Shown here: positions 53,124-64,000 of the stretch, in pieces
Layout of the letters: each line of letters starts with the position of its first letter
Numbering within the stretch: the first letter of the stretch is position 1
Origin: Lytechinus pictus
Taxonomy: Eukaryota
Assembly: GCF_037042905.1 (NCBI RefSeq)
Contig: NC_087251.1
Span: 18,602,001 to 18,666,000, forward strand
Direction of reading: 5' to 3'
Length of the DNA stretch: 64,000 nt
Translations under genes and position numbers: made by a program
The notes under the pieces: generated by a model
What the model saw: only the letters and a program-made list of their open reading frames with translations
Told to the model about the DNA's origin: nothing
The model's database searches: none

Positions 53124-53186
53124 ATCGACTGTCCCTTTAAGTTTAGATGAGCGTTCGGCTCAGGATGTATATCCTGCTATGAAAAG
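53124..53186 (+). CDS. Candidate symmetric exon (R)STVPLSLDERSAQDVYPAMK(R)
   Basis: cagagtag acceptor cluster, AAAG|gtgaaa donor; 63 nt open in phase 2-2. Confidence 0.5.
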
Positions 53187-53679
53187 GTGAAATGAAATAT
53201 GGTATTTTCATTTATCTTTTGAGCATCCTGCCGTGTAACCCCTGACTTCTATATACATGCATCCTTGGATTAGTTCAGTACATATTTCCTCATCTTTCTA
53301 TCCAACACCTACATTGGGAAGCAATTATTTGTAAAATTCATAACTTTCATTGTTTATTTGAATTTGTTCAAACTTTTACCCAACTGCTTTATCTGATTGT
53401 TATTTATTCTAAATCAATTTTCTATTTGGGTTAGATTTCCCTTCAATTTTATGATGCATTTGAGGATCAACTTCTCACACTATCAAGAAGATTGTAAATA
53501 AAACAATTATTGTAATTTTAATTATTGTAAAATTGAATTAGTATTGCTATGGAAATGTTTTTTTAATTGTTTATTCAATGGCAATTCAGCCTTCCTGGCT
53601 GCAAAAATTGAATAAAACATAATCTGAAATCTTGTATTGCGCAGTATGTATTCATTTTATTCATTTTAATATCTCTTAA

Positions 53680-54283
53680 AGGACAAGTCCACCCCAACAA
53701 AAAGTTTATTTGAATGAAAAGAGAAAAATCCAACAAGCATAACACTGAAAATTTCTTCAAAATCAGATGTAAAATAAGAAAGTTATGACATTTTAAAGTT
53801 TCGCTTAATTTCACAAAACAGTTATATGCACATCCCGGTCTGTATGCAAATGAGGGAACTGATGACATCACACACTCACTATTTCTTTTGTATTTTATTA
53901 TATGAAATATTCTAATTTACTCATTGTCTTGTGAAACAAAGTTTTATTTCTCCCTGAACATGTTGAATTACCATTGCTAAACATTTTATGGTTCAGTCAA
54001 GTTGGTCCTCATTTCATTCTAGTGAAAAGTCTGCAAAAATTGAAATAATGTATAATTCGAACAATAAAAAACAAAAGAAATAGTGAGTAAGGAACATCAT
54101 TGATTCTCTCGTTTGCATGTGACTAAATTGTGCATATAAACTATTTTGTGAAAAATAAGCAAAACTTTAAAATGTCATAACTTTCGTATTTTACATCCGA
54201 TTTTGATGAAACTTTCAGCATAATGCTTGTCTGATTTTTCTCTATTGATTCAAATCAACATTTTTCTGAGGTGGACTTGACCT
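53680..54283. mobile_element. Palindromic TTAA MITE, family B (opposite orientation)
   Basis: TTAA|AGGACAAGTCCACCCC...GGTGGACTTGACCT|TTAA. Confidence 0.9.
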
Positions 54284-55706
54284 TTAAGTTCCTTTAAATC
54301 CCTTTATTTCATTGCACAGAAACATCTATAAAAGTAAAGACATAATCTTCTGTGTAGTGTCTCATAACCTAAATTAAGATCCACCCACCCGTCCAATTGT
54401 GAAGAGTTATTGAATAAAACCAAAATCAAATTGAAACTCATGCATGGAGTCATATGCTTGAAATCTTGTATCATGATTGTGTTAGTATTAGTGACATTTG
54501 ATCGTATAAAAGCAGATGGACTCCAAATTCTCCAAACATGACTGGCCGTCATCTCGCTAGTGAGTCATGGAGTCCTGCTTAGAGTGTGTCAGGGGTTAGA
54601 GACAACCTACATACAGGAGCAGATGCATTTTCAGTTGAAATACTATGCCCACTTTCAATACTGTGCTATTCATAGTGCACCTACTCTATATCAATATATT
54701 TTATTTCGAGAAAAGCAATGAATGTTACAAATTAGTCAAAATTTTAAAAAAATATTGCAATTATTGTTCTATAATAAATGATTGTGATTTGTAATTATCT
54801 CCACAAGTGTTGGCAAATTTAGAATTCTAACCCTCTGATATCATTCTTTAACATGAGAATTGTTTTGTGGTCTCACAATCAATGCATATGTACAGAATAA
54901 CTCAATAAAAATACATGTAGATCATAGAAACAAAAACTATTTGAAATGAAGGCAGCAATCATGACATGTGTGAATATAAACTTGAATGTGGTGTCCTTAA
55001 AACAACAACAAAAAATATTCAAAATCATGATTGTACCAAGAAAGCTTTTAACTGAAAGTTAATAAAATCTTGTACATGTGCAGTATGTACAGTAGTTTGC
55101 AATTTAATTACCCTTGAAAACTTGTCCTGTTTGAGCCATGAAGCAAAATATGTCATCAGGTCAATAATTCTGTATACTAATCAACACATTAGGTATGCAT
55201 GCCTGAGTGAATGGCACAACCTCATCCTCATCTGTGTACTAATTGCTCATTTGCATAATTTATTAAAGCCAAGTAACAAAAGAGGTCATATGCAGTCATC
55301 CTGGGCTCACCCAAATTTAATCAATGAAATGACGAAACACTGATAAAACTGTAGCATTTAAACAACAAACGATGCTAAACTGTCAACACGTTCCACTTTA
55401 TTAAAGCGGTGGCTTTGCAACTTGTCAAAATGCAGAATGCGATTTAGTGTCAGCAATCTGTCATTGCTCCAGTATGGAATTATTTGATGCTGCACAACTG
55501 GTAACAATCTCGAGATAGAACCCCCCTGACAGAGATCACAGAATACGAAAACAAAATCATTAGTAGTAGGGATCAATCTATGAATGCGTTGGTATAATGG
55601 GACCATAGTTGGGAGGGCATCCTCGTCCGTTGCGATAACTCGAGAATCATTCCTATTAGTGGTGAAACTCTGTGAGATGACCACTCTTTCGTACTAGAAT
55701 GCTAGA

Positions 55707-55858
55707 ATGCCACGGAAGGAGAAACAACCATTGGATGCTTATGAGGATTATGACCATTCCAAGCTTGATTATAGAGGAAAAGGTGATAAGCCTGACCAAG
55801 AGTATGGGTTTTACACAATTAAGCGCAATGGCACGAAATACGGATTACCGAAAGTTAG
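55707..55858 (+). CDS. Candidate alternative first coding exon MPRKEKQPLDAYEDYDHSKLDYRGKGDKPDQEYGFYTIKRNGTKYGLPKV(R)
   Basis: agaATG start, protein-like charged and Tyr-rich sequence, TTAG|gtctgt donor in phase 2. Confidence 0.55.
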
Positions 55859-56386
55859 GTCTGTATCAAAATTGGTTGACTCTAAGAGTTGTGGTCAACT
55901 TTCATATTCCATAGTGTGGATATAGTTAATTGACATGTGCACTTGTGAAATGGTGTCTGGTCAGAATGCTACCTACAAAGGCTCTGTGTGGAACATCGAT
56001 TGAAATAATTGACGGTGTTCATGTCCTTTTAATAAAGCACATTACTTTACTCTGTAAAGCACATTGTTAAAGCCATCTCTTTAACAATTATTGTTTCAGA
56101 TTTTTTTTTTAATATCTTTTTTAAAACAAATTGTTCATTATAAGTTTAATCAACTTATAACAATAGTTTTGAGAGTGACAGGCTTAAACAGCGTTATTGA
56201 ATTTCAAACAGTGTTATTACAGTGTATAGAATTGATGTATCAAGCACTATTATAAAAGGCAGAATATTAGTATCAACTTAAAAAAAAATTACATACACAT
56301 TCATCTGCACAGATGCAGATATAAAACATGTGACTGGCTGTGAAGATCTTCCTATGGCAAACATTTATTATGTTTCACCTTTTTAG

Positions 56387-56416
56387 ATGGATAGAACTTC
56401 CATCTGAAAAGTTCTG
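56387..56416 (+). CDS. Candidate 30-nt micro-exon (R)WIELPSEKF(W)
   Basis: tttcacctttttag acceptor, CTG|gtattg donor; open in phase 2-2. Confidence 0.35.
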
Positions 56417-57855
56417 GTATTGAATATAATGTACAAATAAGAGAGTATATGGCATAGGTTCATTTTTTTATACTTTAAACAAAGTTGATTTATCCCTTTA
56501 AAATATCATTGGTCTTCTATGAATTGTAAAGTTTATTTTAAAGAAATAAAAGTCTGAAGTTTAGGACTCTTTTTCTCAGAATTCTTAGATTTACCCATAT
56601 GAGGATGAAATTTTATTGACCTACCATGTATATGTTAAATGACAAGAAGGAACTAGTAGTGGCACTCATTACATGACTGTAGGAACGCATATTCTATGTA
56701 GACTAATCCAGCAACAGATTCTTCTTTCCTCAGATTTGTCTTTCTTTTATTGATGATCATCCTATCTACGGAATCGTTTTTTTTTTCTTGAGACTTAAAA
56801 TCTAGGTCTAATGTGAGGTGAAAGTTTAGGTCATTGCATACATGTTTTTTGACAGTGTTGCATTTACTTTTAATACAGAAGTAGGATCACTTTATCAATA
56901 TCTAAGTTTTCTAGTAGTATCGGTAAAACTTTTCATTTGTTTCATTATTTAGGACCCTGATAGTGTAAGTCTATGAAAAACCATGCACGAATTTTACGAT
57001 TGGTTGTACATTTCTCCAATGTTAATGTTCATGGTATCACTTTGTATTACAGGGATTAGGTAGTAAACACATTTCTTGTTAAATATCGCTTCGTAGAGAA
57101 ATTAAACTTTGTCAGATTTTCACCTAGGAAATGAGAAATAAACCCAGTGGAAAAAATCAAGTTATTAATACCCCTATTTTGTTGGCTGACCAAAATACTG
57201 ATGATGTTGAAGCATTTTGACCGACCCAAATTTTTGCATGATCAGAGGTGTCTTGGGTCTGCCCAGGGCCCCTTAACAAAATATATAAAGCTTAGTTATT
57301 GATTGTGGGACTGACTGTTAAGATTGCACAATAATCAATGAATTTGATCTTATAAATCAGTCCCACGATTAATCGCTAATATGGGCCCCTGGTCTGTTTT
57401 CTGCTCTGTGTTATCAGCTGTGCACATTTTTAAATCTTGCACACTTCTTTAGTGGCAACCACACTTCAGTAGATATGCAAGGAAAGACTAACAATTTTTT
57501 TTTAGATGATGTTTGGCAAATTTTTATTAGCTTGCCTAAATCTTGGGAGTCCAAAATCTTGGCAGTGTAAAAGATTAGTCTTGGGTAAAATAGATCATGA
57601 TCTATAGACAACCAGGAATCGGTAGATGCTTTCATACCAACCGATAAAAGTGCCTGGTATTTTGCCAGTGTGAAAGCAATGGTCTTGTAATATCTATATA
57701 CAGATGAAAACACCCACAAATCAATTGTTACTATCAATCTAAATGACAATAAACGTTCATAGGGATTTTTTCCAACTGGAAAGTAAAGTACAAGAAATTT
57801 TGATTTGAGGCATGAAGTGGCTCATTACCATAAGAACTCCATTTGTGTTTTGCAG

Positions 57856-57882
57856 GTGTGAATGCCCCCAATACATTATCAA
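57856..57882 (+). CDS. Candidate 27-nt micro-exon (W)CECPQYII(K)
   Basis: tgtgttttgcag acceptor, weak AA|gtattt donor; open in phase 2-2. Confidence 0.3.
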
Positions 57883-58757
57883 GTATTTTTTAGGCCTGAT
57901 TACAAGTTCACAAACTACAAATATTTAGGTGACTGGATGGGTCTTGAACCCTTTTTTGAATTTGCAAGACATTACTTAATTTCATTCTAGTGGAAAGTCT
58001 GCAAATACTTGCAAATTATGTTGTTTGTCTCTACATGACTTATTAAATTCACATAGAAGGAAGTGGACATTTTATAGAAACCATAATTTGTCTTGGATGG
58101 TTTAAAAGATAATACATGAGATTTCCTGTACTTTGTATACATGATATTTCTGTTTTTGTTGATTTTCAAATTAATTTTGGTTAATTTTGGTTGTAGTTAT
58201 GATATTTGAGGAATTTTCAGATTAATACCTGATCATAATATTCAGAGTATAGTTCCTCATTAGCAGCAAGTTGAGGAATAGTGTGTCATGGACATGATCT
58301 TTAGGTACACATGTGCATGTAATTCTTGTGCATCAAACTTAAAATATCACATGTCTTCATAAGAAATTGTTGTGAGTCTTTGAAGGAGTTGTTTGTCACA
58401 ATAGCTATAAATTTTAAATAATTTAGTTTAATTGTAATTGATACAAAATGAATTATGAGTGGAGTGTATGGCATTTGCTCCCTCATTTGCATACAGCTCA
58501 AGATGTACATGTTACTGTTTTATGAAAATAAGGAAAACTTTAAAGAAATAAAACATTGGGTCCTTACAAAATTTTCAGGGATTATGCTTGTTTTGTTGTG
58601 CTAGTTTGATTTGATTCTAATCAAATCAACTTTTTTGTTGGGGGGTGAATTTGGCATTTTATTGAGTAACTGTTGGACTATTCTAATGATATGTTTAGAA
58701 TGACCTTTGAAATCTTGTACTGATCATTGATCTTTTGATCATTTTTCTTTTATATAG

Positions 58758-58838
58758 ATCAAGGCCAAAGCCTGTGGATCAAGGCCAAGGGACATCATAT
58801 CAGTCGCATGTTGATCCAGAAGCTAATTACTCATACAA
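58758..58838 (+). CDS. 81-nt exon SRPKPVDQGQGTSYQSHVDPEANYSY of the plus-strand gene
   Basis: tttcttttatatag acceptor, perfect gtaagt donor; open in phase 2-2 and compatible with the 50276 and 55858 donors. Confidence 0.7.
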
Positions 58839-60960
58839 GTAAGTCATATTATACACAAAGTTAACCTTCTTCTCGTGAACTGTTCTTTATCCACAGGTAA
58901 CACAGAAATGAACTGAAGGAATTTTGGCAGGTACTGTATGTCAATGAAATATTCAAGCATATAAAGAGCTATAGTTGATCTTCACTTGGTGCCTAATATT
59001 TCTCTGGTTACGTGATGATTAGGTGACAACTACAGTACCATGTGCCTATGAACAAGTTTCAAGATCTTTGAAAACAGTTGGGTAAGGAATCAACCAGGAG
59101 TGCAAAAGCCTCAAGGGTTAAAGATCTGCCTGAGTTTGATAAATTTCAAGATTCTAGCCAGATCAGCCCTCGTCTGGATTGATTTTGAAATTTGATTTAA
59201 AAAACCGTGTCTCCATCAGTTCAGGTAAATAAATTTACTTGAATATGGAATATTAATTGTGGATGCAGAGCATGTGTACTAAGATCTCAGCAGTATGGTT
59301 TTATGAATAGACTTTCAAAAGCCAAAATCCTAATGCATCTTCACTTGCAAACTAGGTGGATGATTCCCAAAATTGTGGGTTAGTTGACTCAGGATTGTAA
59401 ACTTGAGTGATGAAACCCATCAATTAGTCCACTAATTGTATCATGATAATTGATAATTTAAAGGTTGTTCTGATCAGGATAATTGGCTGGATCAGAAAAC
59501 TTATCAGCATAATTTGAAAACTTAGCATGAGGAACTTTCACTGGGTAATGCTCTTAATACTGTTTGCCATTTGCCCTCTACAGTCTACACTACAGTCAGT
59601 GAACACATGAGTGAGAATGTGAGCAGTGTACGGAAGTACGGCCTCCATACGCTATTAAAACATGGTAACCACTGCGCAGCTGCAAAGTATGTTAAATCAG
59701 GCTGTAATTGCGCCACATACGATTTATTTAACCGTTTGAGTGACCTGCAATGACATATTCCTTTAATGATACTGCTGTCGTTCCCATCCCATGTTTTCAG
59801 AAAAGTGTGGCAACCTGGGCAGAACTGTAAAGCCAGTTGCATGACTGACACCCATTCAAACTTAAAATCTGCTTCAATGAATAGCTTCTTCGCACATAAA
59901 GAAGACAAGGAAGTGAAGTCTATTTTTTTGTTGAAAAGTTGTAAGTAAAGAAATATTTTTACAGGATACAGAGATTAGGGGAATTCTGAAACCACCCCCT
60001 TTAAATTTCATAGACATTAGTGTAGTTTATAATGTGTTGACCTAAATTGCACCTTTGATGCATATATTCTGATCATATAGGATTTATAGCAATTCTCATT
60101 CTGTTGCAAATTTTTGACAAGTGATTCTTTGTTTTGATCTGTTGAATATTTGTTTAGCACTAATAAACAGACCTTGGAAATCTGGACCATCCAATGAACA
60201 TGAGTTACTGGGAGAATATTTACTCTTTTTTAATGCAAGATCAAAGTCCACTCTATATGTCTGTTAATTACTTTGCTAAGTTGGTTGCAGTTCCTCATTT
60301 CCTTTTCAATTCTAGTTCTTGATGCGCTTGAGTAAAACAGGTAGTCTCCTTCCCAGTGGTGGAATCTAATTCTACAATCGGTGTTGTGTCTTGGAAGCTT
60401 AAAGTTTCAGTTGGTTAGAGACATGTGTTCAAGTATAGATTTGGCCGTGGAGCTCGATTTTCAACTTTTGGATTATTGATCTTGGAAATTTTGTTCATGA
60501 ATTACCAGAACTGCATTCTGTTTTTGAAGAGACGTATGCTGAAAGTTGTGTGTATTGGCAGAAGCCCTCAGAAGCGGCAAGGAGTTGGATTGAAGTGTTT
60601 TGATGACAGTGAGCAGAGGCTGTGAAAAGTTTGGAATTGGTAAAAAGGAGACAGAATCCGCAACGGGGTAAATATGTACAGCCTGCAAATCTGTTTATTT
60701 CAATAGGTAGAAACAAATGGAGAGTCCTATTTATACCTTTTGCAAAATGTTGAAGAGATGGAGAATAAATGCTCTGATTTGCATTGTCTGTTATTTTGAC
60801 TTGTCAGTTAATGTGCATTTAGAGATGGAGCAAAGAAGATAGTACAAATGCTGTTGTATATTTTTCTCTCATGCTAGGGACCTAAATTGTAGAGCACTAG
60901 TGCTGTGCGATATTATGGAAATTATGCGGTATTGAAAAAATATTGAATATTCCATAATAG

Positions 60961-61490
60961 TTTTGTCTTGCTTGCATAGCAGAGCTCGACTGTACAGTCG
61001 CTGCTTTTCCAACAGTGACAGCGGCAGCGTTGTAAACATTGAAATCTTAATAAGATTAAGTTGTAATGTCATCATAACTTTATAGAAAGTATATGGATCT
61101 AGTTCATGAGACTTTGACATCCTGTCTGAGTTTCAGGTCACATGACAAATGTCAAAAGTCATTTATGGTTAATGAACTTAGACCATGTTGGGGGAATCAA
61201 CATCAAAATCTTAACTAAGGTTAAGTCTTTGAAATGTCATCAAAACTTTGAAAGTATCTAGTGAGCATGAAACTTAGATGTAAGAGTAATCAAGTATCAC
61301 TAAACATCCTGGATGAGTTTCAGGTCACATGATTAAGGTCAAAGGTCATTAAGGGTCGATGAACTTAGACCATGTTGGGGATATTTTTTAAATTGCTATC
61401 CTAACTTTGAAAGTTTATGGATCTTGTTCATGAAAATTGGACATAAGGGTTATCAAGTATCACCGATTGTACACAAGTTTTTGGTCTTGA
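60961..61490 (+). mobile_element. Truncated copy of the 34474 HINE-like tandem element
   Basis: ttttgtcttgcttgcatagcagagc start and 2-3 agtttcaggtcacatga units. Confidence 0.8.
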
Positions 61491-63340
61491 CCATTTGATG
61501 TTTTTATTGGTTCAATTGGTTCATATGTAACATGAAGCTGGTCCTCGGATACATTTTAATGAACTACATGTATCAATAATTTTGTAAATCTCACATTAAG
61601 TAATGGAGCTAGAGAAGGCAATCTAAATTGTATTTCCAACACCTAACTTTAAATCTAGTGCAGGATATTTAAAAATGACAAAATCATTGCTCATCAGACC
61701 GGGGGTTGAAGAGCGCATAAACTCAGCAGAGACTGGGAAAATCTATGCGTCTTATTTGGTACTATTCTGTCATCTTCGACCTTGGATTGAGTGAAGATGG
61801 TATCCAGATGTGGGATGCATTTAAGCCAATTATATCGTTGCTGCCCCCATTGCCCCAATCCAGCAGGGTATTCCAGCTATGTTGTAATTAAATGCAATGA
61901 CTGGTTAATGTCCCTATCCCTCACATTCCTTCCCTCCTCTCCCGCCCATCAGCATTTAGGAAGTGTTTAAATGCAATCCGTGAGGAACATTCATGATCTG
62001 ATTATATTAAAATATGAGGAACTCACTATGTATAGGGTTTGGCTTGTACATTTCTTTATGGTAGAAATAGAAATCACATCATTGACGATGGATGTTGCTA
62101 TGTTGAAGTCATTGATAGTGTCTGTATAGGCCTGCATTACCACTTCATGAAATGAATTCTACCAGCACTTATACAGCAGGGTAGGGATCATGTATGTCTA
62201 TAAAATAAAAAAAAATAAAAAAAATGTCATTTGATTTGATATATTCTTTTTATTTTTCAGGATACAATACATGGTTTGGTTATTTCAGGTGTGATAATAA
62301 ATTCAGAATAAAAAATTAATCACAATAGGCTTCATTTATGCATTTGTTTTCTCAAAGGTTAGCGAAACTCAGCCTCATCAAACAGATTTTCTTTCACACA
62401 AATCATGCTATGAATGTCATAATTTGTATTTGAAAAAAATATCTGAAATTTATCAGGTTACAAAGTTTCACACAGTTGAACATTTTGAGGCCAACATTCC
62501 CCCCCCCCCCCCATTTTTGGACCACTGTGTCATGTCCTTTGGCAGTAGTGCATGAAGTAATTAGTATTAAAGACCGGAGCTGGAAAGTATACCCTGATTA
62601 TGCCACTGTGTATTTGCAGATTGTAATGAGGCTTTGGTGGTCTAAACCTTGAACTCCTTTTGGTATTGCTCCTATGCCAGCCCACATGTTTGCAGGAGAT
62701 TATTGATGTTGTTTAAAAAGGAGCTATTTGCTAATTTTAGACTTTTTAAAGATTTGTTTTGATGTTTCTCATTACTGCTGACATTTAGTAGTTGTACATG
62801 TGTCAATGCAGTACATTTTCTTGTCTGTTCATCATTTTAACACTTCGATAACCAGCACAGCATCTTATAAAAATGAGATAATATACAGAATCGTCTTCTG
62901 TGTTCATTTTTATAAACTTTTCTTGCACCTGTAGGCTCTAGATGATATCTGTACATAAAGGGGGGGGCAGGGAGATCTATGTAATCCTTCATCTTTCGTT
63001 AATTTGCAAATTGATCTTGACATGGAAAAACATGTTGAAAAAGGGAATTTTTACATAGAAACATCTTAATACTCCTGTCAATACTGGAATTGTGTTGTAC
63101 AGGGAATCAAACCATTAGAACTGTAGAATATTGATTTGCATTTTTGATCTTGAACCAGAAAGATGAATACATTTAATACATGTTGACCTACATGACAATA
63201 GTACATACATGTACTAGACATCGTTCAGAGAACGTTGCCTTTATGACATAGTTACCAGAAACAGTATAACTATATTTTTGAAGGAACACTAAAAAATAAA
63301 CAAGGTGAAGTATTCATGGTTCATGGATTGAAATATCATA

Positions 63341-63893
63341 TACCCTTTTTACACAGGATTTTCTTAACCCCGGACTATCGCTAACCCCGTACTATCCTTA
63401 ACCCCGTACTATTTTTTTTCCTTTTCACACATGCCAAATTGTAATCGCTAACCCCGGATAAGAAATGCTTGCTTTTTACACACGAAACTCGCTAACCCCG
63501 GACTAGTGGTTTTTGTCGATCATTCGTAGTACAAGTACTTCACTCGTACCTTTTTACACACGCTAAAATGTCCTTAACCCCGTACTATAGGTGGGGCTAA
63601 ATTGCCATTTAGCCCCACCTATAGTACGGGGTTAAGCTTAGCCCACTTTCGTTTTACACTAGCGATCTTAACCCCGTACTATCGCTCTTAGCACCGCAAT
63701 TGCTGGGATAACCCTGCTTTTTTGCAGGGCCAAACAATCCCGTACTAAAGGTGGGGTTAGCCCACTTTGCAAAAATGCTGTGTAAAAAGAAAGTGGGCTA
63801 AGCTTAACCCCGTACTATAGGTGGGGCTAAATGGCAATTTAGCCCCACCTATAGTACGGGGTTAAGGAAATTTTAGCGTGTGTAAAAAGGGTA
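63341..63893. mobile_element. MITE family D, rearranged copy with a third internal terminus
   Basis: TACCCTTTTTACACA...TGTGTAAAAAGGGTA; extra end tacctttttacacacgc at ~63548. Confidence 0.9.
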
Positions 63894-64000
63894 TTATTCA
63901 GTTTAGGTTGATTGAGGAAAAATATCTTGAAAATTCATCTGAACTATTGTGGTATGGACTATGTAAACATTTTTTTGGTACGATGTAGGCATATTTTATT

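Noticed and set aside
60425..60716. Overlapping short ORFs in a GC-richer patch
   Set aside because: No consistent splice or phase support and no recognisable motif; could be another UTR or first exon
1..64000. Prokaryotic systems (CRISPR arrays, operons, defence islands)
   Set aside because: Spliceosomal introns, SINEs and low coding density show eukaryotic DNA; no repeat-spacer array with constant repeats and unique spacers was seen

Overview
AT-rich, intron-rich animal (eukaryotic) genomic DNA. The repeat families resemble those of an echinoderm such as a sea urchin, but this is inference. Most ORFs in the supplied track are spurious. Two genes diverge from a likely shared promoter near 16 kb. 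(1) A minus-strand hedgehog acyltransferase-like (HHAT/rasp, MBOAT) gene: I rebuilt 8 in-frame coding exons (10496 down to 1033, including a 36-nt micro-exon), and it runs off the left edge. (2) A long, unidentified plus-strand gene with several candidate alternative ATG-first exons and small exons, mostly with phase-2 junctions; it probably continues past the right edge. Introns are dense with non-autonomous DNA transposons with 2-, 3-, 4-, 5- and 8-bp or TTAA target-site duplications (TSDs), often nested, plus tRNA-SINEs and LINE 3' ends. The most unusual signals are: a large excess of TACATGTA (and TAGGCCTA), seen in one repeat pair as a CATGTA insertion at a TA site and matching the Tc1-type excision footprint; a 3.9-kb TA-TSD element sitting in a (TAG)n microsatellite; and a ~770-bp fold-back of a promoter/first-exon-like module upstream of the HHAT coding start. 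All coordinates and counts were read by eye.
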